This document shows positions 9,669 through 19,326 of a stretch of DNA of 54,754 nt, piece by piece (the stretch's first letter is position 1; each line of letters opens with the position of its first letter). Made by a program: the position numbers and the translations under genes. The stretch spans positions 1 through 54,754 of IMG/VR virus record IMGVR_UViG_3300020202_000088; one strand, written 5' to 3'. The notes under the pieces are model-generated. The model saw nothing but the letters and a program-made list of their open reading frames with translations, did no database searches and had not been told where the DNA came from. Source of the DNA: a virus. Taxonomy: Duplodnaviria > Caudoviricetes.

Positions 9669-11857
9669 CCGCGGCTCCCCTGGCCGAGGCTCGCAGGCGT
9701 GAGCGCGTCGCCCGCCATCGCATTCTTAAGCTCCTTCGTCGGGCCTTTGCCGACGGGCTGGAGCTTCTGCGGGGCGGCGGGGTTCGCGTCTGGGGCGGCC
9801 GGCATGCCCATCGCCTGGGCCTGCAGCATCTTCGCCTCCATCGCCATCTGCTCCATCTGCTCGTGCTCTTGCAGGTGCGCCATGTATGCCTGCTGTACGG
9901 CCGGGTCCGCGGCCATCCAGGACGGCTCCTTCATACGCTTGCGGTGCACTTCCACGTGGATCGCGTGCACGTCGCAGTCGAGAACGATGGGCTTGTTGTC
10001 GGGAGAGTGAGCGACGTTATCGAGCAGGTCGTTCTCCCACTCGGCGCGCTTCTTGTCAGGGTTGATGTCGTCGTCAAAGCCCGCAATGCCCATCTGCTCG
10101 AGGAACTCGATGCGATTGGCGGGTTGATCCAGCGCCAGCACGCCCAGGCTCGCAGCCTCAACGAGGCGCCCCTGCTTGGCGGCTTGCAGCTTCGGCACGT
10201 TAGAGCCTGCCTCGACAACCACGTTGCAGTTGTCGTGGAGGTCTGCGCCGATGAACTTGTCGATCGACTCTTCGGACAGCTCCGTGTTCTTGGCCTTAAG
10301 CATCGCGATGAACGCGGGCCGCGGCTCCTTGTACTTGCGGGAGACGAGACGCAGCTGCTTCTTCTGGTCGCTCTCGACGAAACCCTTCCAGCGGTCGAGC
10401 GTCGGGAACAGCTTGCCGGTGCCCACTTCATAGAGCAGCTCAAGCGCGCTGTGCGCGGTCACGCCCGGGGGCCGATCGCCCTTCAGGATGTCGATGGCGC
10501 CTGAGATCTCCTTGAGGGCTTCCCGGCGCATCTCACGCTCTTGGAAGACGCTCGAGTCGACGCCGATGCCGGGGATGATCTCCGGCTTGGGCCCGCCCAT
10601 GTCGCGGTAGTGAATTTCTTGACCCGGGCGGCCGGTCCATTGGCCGGGCGCGATGCCCACGCCCATGGGCACGAGCTTCTGCGGCACGGCCATGGTCTTG
10701 CGCGTGAGCACAATCACCGAGTCGATGCTGTTGATGAGCTTGTTCTGCTCGACGGCGTCGTCAAGCGCAGTCTTGCCCCAGAAGCGGCCAGGCACCAGCT
10801 CCCAGCGGCACTCCGAGTACGGGTGCCAGTCGCCAAGCTCCGGGCCCTCATAGGGCGAGTCGTGCGCGTACAGGCACACGCCGCTTGCGACGACGATCAT
10901 GCGCCCCTTGGGGTGCTTGCGGCTCGGAGCCTCGTACAGCTCCTTCACTACGCAGGCGTTCTCGACCATCTGGTCAGTCCCGCCGCCAGCAGCCTGCCCG
11001 TTGGCATTGCGCACGCCCGAGCTATTCTTCAGCTCGTGGAAACGGCGCATGGTGCCTGAGAGCTGCTTCTCCGGCTTCACCTCGGAGACGAGGCCCGTGT
11101 AGCCTTCCTCCTGCCGGTCGAACATTTCCTGCACCCAAGATAGAGGCTGGATGGAGTACTCCATGATCCAGCGGCAGTTGTGGATGTCGGTGGCGAGAGG
11201 GTCGATCGAGATGCGATGGGGCTCGATGACGCAGGTATTGACGTCGCCCAGGGGCAGTTCGTCGAACAGCGGCTCGCCCGTCTCAGGGTCGGTTGCCTGC
11301 ACGTCCTTCATGCCGCCTGTCATCGGGTCCGGCATCTGCACCATGCGCGGCACGCGCGCCTTCATCAGCGCCGTCGTGTCCCAGTAGGACTTCTTGAAGA
11401 CCGTGCCGTAAGTGACGAGCGCGGCAGCGGCGTACTCGTAGTTCGAAGCTTCCTTGAGACGCTCCCAGTTAGCTTCCAGGATCAGGTCGCCAATCTTGGC
11501 GCTCTGCTTGTCCCGGTAGGAACGGGTATTGGGGGACACCTTGGAGCGCGGCTTATTCTTGATCAGGTACGCCTTGAGCGTCTGATAGGTGTCGAAGACG
11601 TAGTTCGTGGTGGGGCGCGGGATGTACTCGTTCTCCGCGCTCACTTCCATGCGGCGCCACTGGCCGCCCGACTTGCCGTTACCGTCGTAGACGATCCAGT
11701 GCTTGCCATCCAGGAACAGATGGTTGCGCTCCCAGCTCCAAGCGAGCTGCTGCTTCGGGCCAGAGTCGGCCTGGTAGAACGCCTCAATGCGCGCAGCGAG
11801 TTCCTCGGTCTGCGAGTTGTCGAGCTTGGAAATGTCGAGTTGGTCGTTGGATGCCAC
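9665..11857 (-). CDS. Portal protein
   Basis: 730 aa between TerL and scaffold; P22/T7-like portal size with a Q/M/A-rich C-terminal extension. Confidence 0.85.
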   Translation of the reverse strand: MASNDQLDISKLDNSQTEELAARIEAFYQADSGPKQQLAWSWERNHLFLDGKHWIVYDGNGKSGGQWRRMEVSAENEYIPRPTTNYVFDTYQTLKAYLIKNKPRSKVSPNTRSYRDKQSAKIGDLILEANWERLKEASNYEYAAAALVTYGTVFKKSYWDTTALMKARVPRMVQMPDPMTGGMKDVQATDPETGEPLFDELPLGDVNTCVIEPHRISIDPLATDIHNCRWIMEYSIQPLSWVQEMFDRQEEGYTGLVSEVKPEKQLSGTMRRFHELKNSSGVRNANGQAAGGGTDQMVENACVVKELYEAPSRKHPKGRMIVVASGVCLYAHDSPYEGPELGDWHPYSECRWELVPGRFWGKTALDDAVEQNKLINSIDSVIVLTRKTMAVPQKLVPMGVGIAPGQWTGRPGQEIHYRDMGGPKPEIIPGIGVDSSVFQEREMRREALKEISGAIDILKGDRPPGVTAHSALELLYEVGTGKLFPTLDRWKGFVESDQKKQLRLVSRKYKEPRPAFIAMLKAKNTELSEESIDKFIGADLHDNCNVVVEAGSNVPKLQAAKQGRLVEAASLGVLALDQPANRIEFLEQMGIAGFDDDINPDKKRAEWENDLLDNVAHSPDNKPIVLDCDVHAIHVEVHRKRMKEPSWMAADPAVQQAYMAHLQEHEQMEQMAMEAKMLQAQAMGMPAAPDANPAAPQKLQPVGKGPTKELKNAMAGDALTPASLGQGSRG

Positions 11858-12096
11858 TAGAAGTTCCCGGTAAGAATGCGGTCACGCTCGAGGGTGAGCG
11901 CTTCCCACTCGCGCATCTGCGCGCTGGTGGGCTCGAGGGGCTCCTGCCGCCCGGACATCACCGCGTCTGCCTCGATGGCGATCAGCGGGATGTCGCGGGA
12001 CTTGGCAGGGGAGAGCAGGTTGCGCAGAAGATCGACCTGAGAGGTGAGGTCCTTGATGCGTGCGTCTTTCTCTGCGCAGACCTTGCAGCGAAACAT
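11857..12096 (-). CDS. Hypothetical protein
   Basis: 79 aa, translationally coupled to the portal gene. Confidence 0.6.
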   Translation of the reverse strand: MFRCKVCAEKDARIKDLTSQVDLLRNLLSPAKSRDIPLIAIEADAVMSGRQEPLEPTSAQMREWEALTLERDRILTGNF

Positions 12097-12100
12097 GCGA

Positions 12101-12367
12101 TTAGCGGCCGAAGACGATCGCGGTGCCGTAAACGGTGGCGGCCGGGTCAGCGAAGGCGAGGGTCACAACGTTGCCAGAGAACGTCGGGGCAGCCGAGTGA
12201 GCGATCTTGCCATCGATGATGACGTGGAAGGCTTCTTGGAGGGCGCTGGCCGTGATCGTGCCGGAGGTGTCGCCAGAGGCGGCGCTCCAAGTAACGATTT
12301 GGCACTTAACAGGGCCGAGAGAGAAACTGCGGGGTTCTTTAGTGGAGGCAGAGGCGGCGAAAGCCAT
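12101..12367 (-). CDS. Hypothetical (possible small virion/decoration) protein
   Basis: 88 aa with AAGGAA RBS; first gene after the candidate late promoter. Confidence 0.6.
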   Translation of the reverse strand: MAFAASASTKEPRSFSLGPVKCQIVTWSAASGDTSGTITASALQEAFHVIIDGKIAHSAAPTFSGNVVTLAFADPAATVYGTAIVFGR

Positions 12368-12554
12368 GAGGGGTTCCTTTCTTGCTGTTTTGGAGGTCCA
12401 GCTTGAGACCTTTGGGGAGGGGTATGCGCCCAGAGCGGGGCCCCAGGCGCATCTTCGGGTAAAACCGGGGAGGGGTGCGGGCTGCTAGCGTGCCCGTGAG
12501 AGGGGTGGCCCGTGGGAGGGCTAATCCAAGAAGCGCCCGAAGGCGCCCTACATA

Positions 12555-12580
12555 TTAATAGTCAGAATATTCCCGTTTTA
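12555..12580 (-). promoter_or_regulatory. Candidate late promoter, copy A (TAAAACGGGAAT-N7-CTATTAA)
   Basis: The same bipartite motif with the same spacing occurs at 16500-16525; both lie upstream of minus-strand late operons. Confidence 0.55.
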
Positions 12581-14044
12581 TGCCCCGAACGGATCGGACG
12601 AGCGTTTCGGCGTCTTGAGGGCGCGGATATCCTTGTACAAGGCTTCCTGAAGCGTGCCGCGCTTGATGTCCTTCATCGGGTCTTCGGCGTACCGGGTGGG
12701 ATCGGGCTGCGAAATGACGAGGTAGCGGAGGGCGTCGACGGCGTGGTCCTCAAACTTGTACGGTTCTTCCTTCTCGTTGGAGGTGCCGACCTGGTTGTGG
12801 CGCAATTCCTTGTACCGGTACTTGCTCATCTCCTCGATGAGGTTCGCGCAGGTGTCGAAGACGTAGATCCGGGGGCGTTTCGTGCGCTCGTTGACCTTCA
12901 GGTACGACTTCACGCGGTCGATGCCTGAGGTGACGTCGTTGTTGGCGGGCGAGAGCGGGAAATTGTCGGGCAGGTACTGCAGGTAGAGGTCCCAGTCGCT
13001 GCACTTCGCCCCGTTCCGCTCGTTCCGGGCTGCCCGGGTCGACGGGTCGATGAAGGCGCGGTCGATGCGCTCGCCTTTCATCATCTCGAGCACGCCCGGG
13101 AGCTTCTTCTGCTTGTGGCCGTTGACGATTTCCTCGATCAGCCACTCGGATTGGTAGAATTCACGGTAGATGTACACGTTGCCGTCGCCGTCCACCGCGC
13201 CCCAAACCCAGGCAGCAGGGTTTCGGTAGCCGTGGTCGATGCCCACCAGGCGCGTCCAGGTCTCGGGGATGGGGAAGGGCTTGATGACGTGCACGTCGCG
13301 GCGGAATTCAGGGTACACGGCGCCCTCGAAGGCGTCGAAGGAGCCCATGATCTCGCGCTGGATGCGGTCCTGGCTGTAGGTGGACAGCATCGACTCGACG
13401 TAGCCCTCGGGGAGGTGCAGGTTTTCGGTCGAGGGGGCTAGGATGAGGCGGAATTGCTTCTTCGCCTCCGGCGTCTTCATGAAGTCCTGCTTCACGAAGT
13501 ACTGGTAGACCCAGTTGTGCCCGGCCGGGTTGCCTACGATGAGTCCCTTGCGCAGGCCGCGCGGGTTACGCAGGCGGTTCATGAGGAGCAGGAAGGACTC
13601 CTCGCTGACCTGGGAGGCTTCATCGATGCCAAAGCCGCTCAGGTTGAGCGAGCGGAGCTTGTCAGGCTCATCCAGGCCCACGAAGTAGAAGATGGCAGGC
13701 TTCCCGGTTACACTGCGCACGTGTACTTCCGAGAGCGCCACCTTGTGGTCGACGATCAGCTCGGGCGGGCACACCTCCAAGAAGGTCTTGTAGGTCGTGC
13801 GCTTCAGCTCGGGCATGAACTGGCGGGCTATTACATACTCGCCCCCGTGCATAATACCCTGCACTAGCATTGTAATACACAGGATGAGGGACTTCCCCGA
13901 ACCCACGCCCCCGAAGTACGCGATGTACTTGGGGTCGCCAGGCAGCAGGGACTGGTCCATGAATTCTTTTTGCTTGGGGAGCGGGCCCCGAGGCACGCCA
14001 GGGCGCCCCGGTTCCGGGAAGCAGTTGTTTAGATCGATTTGCAT
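12578..14044 (-). CDS. terL: Terminase large subunit
   Basis: Walker A GGVGSGKS, Walker B FGIDEA, motif III GNP, nuclease GIDHG...DHAVDALRY. Confidence 0.95.
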   Translation of the reverse strand: MQIDLNNCFPEPGRPGVPRGPLPKQKEFMDQSLLPGDPKYIAYFGGVGSGKSLILCITMLVQGIMHGGEYVIARQFMPELKRTTYKTFLEVCPPELIVDHKVALSEVHVRSVTGKPAIFYFVGLDEPDKLRSLNLSGFGIDEASQVSEESFLLLMNRLRNPRGLRKGLIVGNPAGHNWVYQYFVKQDFMKTPEAKKQFRLILAPSTENLHLPEGYVESMLSTYSQDRIQREIMGSFDAFEGAVYPEFRRDVHVIKPFPIPETWTRLVGIDHGYRNPAAWVWGAVDGDGNVYIYREFYQSEWLIEEIVNGHKQKKLPGVLEMMKGERIDRAFIDPSTRAARNERNGAKCSDWDLYLQYLPDNFPLSPANNDVTSGIDRVKSYLKVNERTKRPRIYVFDTCANLIEEMSKYRYKELRHNQVGTSNEKEEPYKFEDHAVDALRYLVISQPDPTRYAEDPMKDIKRGTLQEALYKDIRALKTPKRSSDPFGA

Positions 14045-14071
14045 AGGGTGGGAGCGCCACCCAGCAGGGTG

Positions 14072-15184
14072 CTAGGCGGCTTTGGTGAAACGGACGGACT
14101 GTCGGTTGCGGTAGTTGCGCCAGGTGCGATCAACGGTCTGGTGGCCCATCCACGCGCTGATGTCCGAATACGGGTGGCCCCGCTTCAGCATTAGGTCTTC
14201 GAAGCCCTTACGGCCCCCGTAGAGGTGGACCTTGGGTCCGAAGCGGTCGTGGATGGTTTTTAGGAGTGGGCGCTTGATTGGCCCGTTGAGTACTAGGTCG
14301 AGCCCGGCTTTCTGTTCCGGGTAGATGCAGGGAATGAACTTGTAGCGGTCTTTACGGGGCAGGTTCACTAGCTTGGGCTGGTACACGCGGAGTACTGGCA
14401 CCTGTAGCTCGTTGTCCTGCAGGATCTCGGCGCTCCTAGCGTTGTCGGCCTCCTCGGGCCGCAAGCCGAACCACACGGTCAGGTAGAGCCAATTGAATTG
14501 CGCGGGCTGCAGGCTGCCCCTTTCGGCCTCCAGGACCTTCGGGGTCAGCGGGGCAGAGGCCATGCCCTCCTCGTTTTTGTCGAAGTAGCGGTCCGCGATG
14601 CGGTTTTTCTCGCGGCCTCGGGGGGCTTTAAGGGGCTCGAAGTAGCGCTGCTGCTTGCGCGCTTGGAATTTGCCCCACAGGTTGAGGATGCGGAGCATCT
14701 TCTGGGCGTAGGAGGGGCTAATCTGGTGTTTGGCGAAGTAGTCGTAGAAGCGTTCGGGCTGGGCGCCCCATTCGGCGGGGTCCAGACGCAGGTGATTGAG
14801 GCACTTTTTGACGGCCCGCCAATGCGACTCGAGCTTCTTGCGGCGGGTGGCGTCCTTGGTGTCAAAGACCTCACGCCCAAAGAGCACCTGCTGCTCGAAT
14901 TCTGCTGTCTCCGTGGGAGGTAGGTAGGCCGAAAGGACCAGCTCTTCCTCGTCTAGGCGCGCCTGGATGACGCTCCGGCGCTGCTCGAGGCGGGTAAGCT
15001 CGCCCTGGGCGTTGAGCTTCTTGGCGTGGGCCTTGGCCTCGTCCCAGGTCATGCGGGGGTGGAAGCCCAGGCGGCCCCACTCGTCCCGGGGGATGTCGCG
15101 GTTGACGCGCTTTCCGCCCTTGTAGGACTCGATCTTCAGCTTCCAGCCAATGCCATAGTCGGTCTTCGGAACACGGTAGCCCAT
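14072..15184 (-). CDS. int: Tyrosine integrase (helper phage)
   Basis: FGLRPEE (R), LYGGRK (variant of HxxR), WMGH, TWRNY (Y); adjacent to an att-like site. Confidence 0.85.
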   Translation of the reverse strand: MGYRVPKTDYGIGWKLKIESYKGGKRVNRDIPRDEWGRLGFHPRMTWDEAKAHAKKLNAQGELTRLEQRRSVIQARLDEEELVLSAYLPPTETAEFEQQVLFGREVFDTKDATRRKKLESHWRAVKKCLNHLRLDPAEWGAQPERFYDYFAKHQISPSYAQKMLRILNLWGKFQARKQQRYFEPLKAPRGREKNRIADRYFDKNEEGMASAPLTPKVLEAERGSLQPAQFNWLYLTVWFGLRPEEADNARSAEILQDNELQVPVLRVYQPKLVNLPRKDRYKFIPCIYPEQKAGLDLVLNGPIKRPLLKTIHDRFGPKVHLYGGRKGFEDLMLKRGHPYSDISAWMGHQTVDRTWRNYRNRQSVRFTKAA

Positions 15185-15293
15185 CGCAAGTCTCCTTTCG
15201 GCGGACTCGCGACGCAGCTAGAGCGCGGCAGCACCTGCCACACCCGAAAACCACACCTGATTATGGGCTAAATACCCGAAATCATTAAAAAGA

Positions 15294-15328
15294 TGGTGGA
15301 GCCGGTGGGAGTCCGACCCGCACCCTAC
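15294..15328 (-). other. Helper attP: 3' end of a tmRNA/tRNA-Ala-like RNA
   Basis: Minus strand reads ...GACTCCCACCGGCTCCACCA, an acceptor-stem 3' strand with the Ala-type U and CCA, ~110 bp upstream of int. No 5' half of the RNA is present. Confidence 0.7.
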
Positions 15329-15358
15329 ACGATAACTATGTAAATTTCAAAGAGCGGA

Positions 15359-16087
15359 TCAAACGCGGCGGAAGACGCGGAGATGCCCCACGGCGAATTG
15401 TTGGTCGAAGTAGTGGTCGACGACCCGCGAGTTCCACAGAGCGCGGTTAACGTCCTCTAGGCCCTTGAACCCACCGGGGAGCAGGTCAGCAGGCAGCTCG
15501 AGGTCGTTGCCCGCGTCGTCTAGGACCAGGTAGCCGCCGGGGCGCACGAGCAGCCCGTAGGACTCCAGGTCGTCCAGGGCCACTTCGTAGTCGTGGCATC
15601 CATCGACGTAGATCAGGTCGAAGGGGCCCATTTCCTCCGCTCTCGCCTGGATGCGAGGGTCGAAGCTTTGGCCACACAGAAGGGTGGGGGACTTGAGGTT
15701 AAAGCGGCGGTGCAACTCCGCCATGCGAGCCACGTAGTCGATGTCCGGGTGAGTGGCGTACTTGTCGCCCTCGGAGCTGAGGGGAGTGATGCCGTAGATG
15801 TGCGCCTGCTTCCCGCATTCGCGGGCGGCAAGCTGCATGAGCGACAGGGTTTGCCCCTGGAACACGCCGATCTCGAGGAACTTGAAGCCCGGGGGCAGCT
15901 CTCGCGCCAAGCAGTGCCACACCCAGTGGAAGGGGCGGTCCCCATAGCCGTAGCCACCGGCTTCGACGAAGTCGCGGTGCTCCTTGAGGTAAGGCGTGGC
16001 TTGCACCTGGGCCAGGCAGTGGTCCCACATGGCCCTATGGGCCTCGGGGCTGTCTTCGTAGCGGGAGATCAGGTCCTGAAGGCTCAT
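15359..16087 (-). CDS. Class I SAM-dependent methyltransferase (Methyltransf_24-like)
   Basis: FLEIGVFQG, FDLIYVDGCHDY and LVRPGGYLVLDD motifs. Confidence 0.85.
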   Translation of the reverse strand: MSLQDLISRYEDSPEAHRAMWDHCLAQVQATPYLKEHRDFVEAGGYGYGDRPFHWVWHCLARELPPGFKFLEIGVFQGQTLSLMQLAARECGKQAHIYGITPLSSEGDKYATHPDIDYVARMAELHRRFNLKSPTLLCGQSFDPRIQARAEEMGPFDLIYVDGCHDYEVALDDLESYGLLVRPGGYLVLDDAGNDLELPADLLPGGFKGLEDVNRALWNSRVVDHYFDQQFAVGHLRVFRRV

Positions 16088-16359
16088 GTAATAGAGTGTA
16101 ATACACTACGCAGGGCGCGGTCAAGCAGCCTGATGTGCGTAGGGCACAGGCACTCGCGGATCGTCATGCCCTTCAGGGCTTGCTGGGGCGTAGTGACCAG
16201 CTTCTCTAATTCGTCATTAGACAGCCCCAGTGCCTCTATACGCGACAGAACCGAGGGGAGTAGGGCCTGGTACTGCGCAAGGCGCTTTCGCCTGTTCCAG
16301 ACCATTTGTGGCGTAGGGCGGGCTGCGTTCTTACGGACGGGAGGGTAGTGGCGAGGCAT
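16084..16359 (-). CDS. Hypothetical protein
   Basis: 91 aa; its stop overlaps the methyltransferase start. Confidence 0.5.
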   Translation of the reverse strand: MPRHYPPVRKNAARPTPQMVWNRRKRLAQYQALLPSVLSRIEALGLSNDELEKLVTTPQQALKGMTIRECLCPTHIRLLDRALRSVLHSIT

Positions 16360-16499
16360 GATACACGGGGGATTGGATTTTTCGGTAGTCCCCGGGTCGC
16401 TCCGCCAGGAGCGCTAAACTTCCCCGCTCCCCAGTGACTACCTCGTTGGCTCGCTTGCTGCTTCTCTGCGTCCTGCGCTTCGCCAACTTGTTTTATTAC

Positions 16500-16525
16500 T
16501 TAATAGAAGAAACATTCCCGTTTTA
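16500..16525 (-). promoter_or_regulatory. Candidate late promoter, copy B
   Basis: TTAATAG-N7-ATTCCCGTTTTA on the plus strand, matching 12555-12580. Confidence 0.55.
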
Positions 16526-16604
16526 GTGCTATACGACTGTATTCACAGTGGAAGAAAATGTATTACAGGCTATTAGTTAAGACGCTTAATAATTAGCCTA
16601 AAAC

Positions 16605-16642
16605 ACCCAAAAATTTTTATACTGGGTCCCATACTACCACTT
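16605..16642. other. Candidate packaging/terminus signal (helper copy)
   Basis: ACCCAAAAATTT-N5-CTGGGTCCCATACTACCACTT in the non-coding divergence point; 34/38 identical to satellite 33468-33505. Confidence 0.55.
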
Positions 16643-16975
16643 TCACTCACGCCAAATTTCTCCACCCCCCACCCCCGTACCCCCCAGCCCACACAGTTAC
16701 AGCAGTGACACGCCAGGGCACGAGCAGCACGCAGCAGAGAGTATGAGAGGGGAAGCATACAACACACCTAGCCCTTAACCTAACCCCACCCACCTGATCC
16801 TATCCCAGCCTAGCCCTACCCACGCCTAGCTTTACCCTGTTGCTACTAGTGCGATCGCTGCTTTCAATAGGACGCTCTCACCACGTCAGCAACCTGCCCG
16901 CGCCTTTATATCACTGCTGAGCGCTCAGTGACGTAAAGCGCACTGCCATTCCCTGTCACTCGTATAACTCTTACA

Positions 16976-16990
16976 CAGTGTAATACAGTG
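16976..16990. promoter_or_regulatory. GTGTAATACA operator-like site upstream of the early gene cluster
   Basis: CAGTGTAATACAGTG; one of about 12 copies in the helper genome. Confidence 0.6.
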
Positions 16991-17148
16991 TACTGAAGTA
17001 TATTGCAGTATAGCTCGGCACGCGCGGTGCATTACTTAGTGGCATGACGATCACGGTGCGAGACACGAAGATTAACCTGCAAGCGATCAAGGCGCTCGAA
17101 GCGCTGGGCTACACGGTCCGCATCGTAATCCGGAACTAAGGAGTCGAT

Positions 17149-17328
17149 ATGAAGAAGGTTAAAGCGATCCGAGTCACGAGCGACAACCTGGAAAACTGCC
17201 TGATCTCTGAGGCCGACTACAAAGAGCTGCGCCTGGAAATGAGCACGGGCGACTTCCATACGCACAAGGCGGAGGAAGTAATGGCGGACCCTGAAGAGCT
17301 GGTCTCGCTCTATGAGGAGCAGGAGTGA
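17149..17328 (+). CDS. Hypothetical early protein (59 aa, not in the ORF track)
   Basis: AAGGAG RBS, then MKKVKAIRVTSDNLENCLISEADY...EEQE*. Confidence 0.55.
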   Translation: MKKVKAIRVTSDNLENCLISEADYKELRLEMSTGDFHTHKAEEVMADPEELVSLYEEQE

Positions 17329-17434
17329 ACATGAACGGCGTGGAACTGAATCTGTTGTTTAGCGTTGGCTTTATGCAGGCGTACTGCCTCGCGTGCCTGG
17401 CGGTCTTGGGCCTGGCCTACATCTGGGAGTGAAT

Positions 17435-17782
17435 ATGAAACAGAAAGCACAGCGACTGACGGCGAAAGAGATCAAAGCCGGGGCCCACGAGTACGGGCTT
17501 CAGGTGGAATGGGAAGACGACTACGACGCCGATACCTCCTGGATGGACGCCGAACAGCTTGAAGCGTTTGAAGAAGGTAGCTTGATCCCCTATGTCTGCC
17601 GCGTCTTCAACGCGGACAGGAGCATGGTTGCGGCGAGCCTGGGAGGGATCTTTCTGGATAACTCGAGCGCCAGCGACAAGTACCGGGAAGAGGTAGAGCT
17701 GGAGTTGCTTGAAGAGGCTCTGGGCGAGCTAATGAATGGCAGGGTCCCGCACTGCGAAGAATGCGAAGCGGTACAGGAGTGA
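17435..17782 (+). CDS. Hypothetical early protein
   Basis: GGGAG RBS and start MKQKAQ; acidic. Confidence 0.6.
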   Translation: MKQKAQRLTAKEIKAGAHEYGLQVEWEDDYDADTSWMDAEQLEAFEEGSLIPYVCRVFNADRSMVAASLGGIFLDNSSASDKYREEVELELLEEALGELMNGRVPHCEECEAVQE

Positions 17783-18201
17783 ACATGGCCAGGTTGCTTT
17801 GGCTTGAGTGTACCGAATGCGGCGAGACGGGCGAGGTGCTCTGCGACGGTGAAGGCCCCATGCACTGCCCCAGTTGCCGCAGCGTGGACTGCTTCAAAGG
17901 GCCGGAAGAGGAGGCAGCATGTTCGAGTACATAGCCTCTGTTTATGGCACTGACGCGATGATGCTGGCCTACATTGCGTTCATCGTACCGCTGGTAGCTG
18001 GCCTAGTTTGGTTCGTGAATCGACACAAATAGCTGACCCCGAGAGGGGAGGAGGGACGTATGAGGGACGGAAGGCAAGTTGTTAGGGCTTGGATCGCGAT
18101 GGTGAGTGTGTATGCGGTGCTCCTTGCGCTCTGGACACTGCGGGCGTTGGCCAATCTGGGCCAGCTGTAACCTAAATCAAACGTAGTACGTGGGAGGACA
18201 T

Positions 18202-18609
18202 ATGAAGTTCTATAAGTTGGGCAATGGTCGCGCGAAGTTGGTTGGCATGGGTTTCACGTTCGAAGGTGAGCTTGCGCAGGTAACGGAGCTGCTCCAAGAG
18301 CGTGGCATGGACTGGGAGACCGTGGGCTTTATGCTCGCAGAGATGCACCGCAAGGGGCACGACGCTGCGGAGCTTGGCGACCTGGCTGGTGACTTTGAGT
18401 ACAGCTACTCAAGCGGCGAGATGAAGGGCGTGCTCTTAGAGCTCGAAGCCATCCGCAGCCTGCGCGAGGAGTTCGCGAACCTCCACCGGCAGGACCCTAC
18501 GGCACGCGAGACACGCGACGCATGGGACAGGCTCATGAACCTGTACTTCAGCCTGAACGTGGATGAAGCGCTCGACCTGTTGAAGCCCGAGGAGCGCGCA
18601 GCGGCTTAA
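18202..18609 (+). CDS. Hypothetical early protein
   Basis: GGAGG RBS and start MKFYKLG. Confidence 0.65.
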   Translation: MKFYKLGNGRAKLVGMGFTFEGELAQVTELLQERGMDWETVGFMLAEMHRKGHDAAELGDLAGDFEYSYSSGEMKGVLLELEAIRSLREEFANLHRQDPTARETRDAWDRLMNLYFSLNVDEALDLLKPEERAAA

Positions 18610-18663
18610 TTTTGGCCTTGCTTTGTGTAATACACTGTTTTACATTGTTCTTAGGAGTCTCAC

Positions 18664-18906
18664 ATGACGGTAAACAAGATCGTGACGGTACAGTTGGATA
18701 CGGGGCAGGGCTCGGTCGAGATCGAGATGAACGCCGAAGGGCTCGTGACGGTGCGTGAATGCGCAACGAACATCTACGGCGGGCAATTCGTGACAGGCAT
18801 GCTGATTGAGGAGCTGGAAGCCGCAGTCAAGCTGCTGCGCGCGGAGCAGGAAGCCACGTGGCAGCGCAACTTCGAGCTGCGCATGACCAAGAAGGAGACG
18901 GCGTAA
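18664..18906 (+). CDS. Hypothetical protein
   Basis: AGGAG RBS; preceded by the operator-like palindrome at 18625-18637. Confidence 0.6.
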   Translation: MTVNKIVTVQLDTGQGSVEIEMNAEGLVTVRECATNIYGGQFVTGMLIEELEAAVKLLRAEQEATWQRNFELRMTKKETA

Positions 18907-19175
18907 TGGACTTCGAATTCGAAGCCGTCCTGCGCGACGGTCGCCGGGTGTTCATCGTGGGTGAAGCCGAGTACTCGCATAGCTGTGACTGCAACTACTG
19001 CGACGGTACGCATATCCTGAGCCTCGATATTGAGTCAGTGACTCAACTGTTTGAAGCGGGCACGGTCGAAGGCGCTGAGATCAAGCTCGGCGGTAAGGCG
19101 TGGCGCGAGGTTGAGTCCCTGGCTGAGGATCGAGTCTACAGTGCGATCGAGACGGGCGAGGAGGCTTGCGCGTAA
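18906..19175 (+). CDS. Hypothetical protein
   Basis: Start MDFEFE, coupled to the previous stop (TAATG). Confidence 0.55.
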   Translation: MDFEFEAVLRDGRRVFIVGEAEYSHSCDCNYCDGTHILSLDIESVTQLFEAGTVEGAEIKLGGKAWREVESLAEDRVYSAIETGEEACA

Positions 19176-19326
19176 TGGAAACTACAAAGTACGGGCAGGT
19201 GTTTTATCGGCTCGAGGCAGACCGCGAGCACCCTGAAGGCTGTCGGTGCACAAGCTCAGACGCGGGCGGCGATTGTAGCTGGTGTCAGACCTATTACCGG
19301 GGCCCGACAATCGAGGAGGGCTGCGC

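Noticed and set aside
2785-13867. Many long plus-strand ORFs antisense to structural genes
   Set aside because: These are shadow ORFs expected in high-GC coding DNA; they lack motifs and RBSs.
15294-15328. Phage-encoded tmRNA or tRNA
   Set aside because: Only ~20 nt of 3' end is present, with an imperfect T arm and no 5' part.
17320-17790. Short repeat CAGGAGTGAACATG between early genes
   Set aside because: It is explained by a reused RBS/stop/start coupling, not an array.
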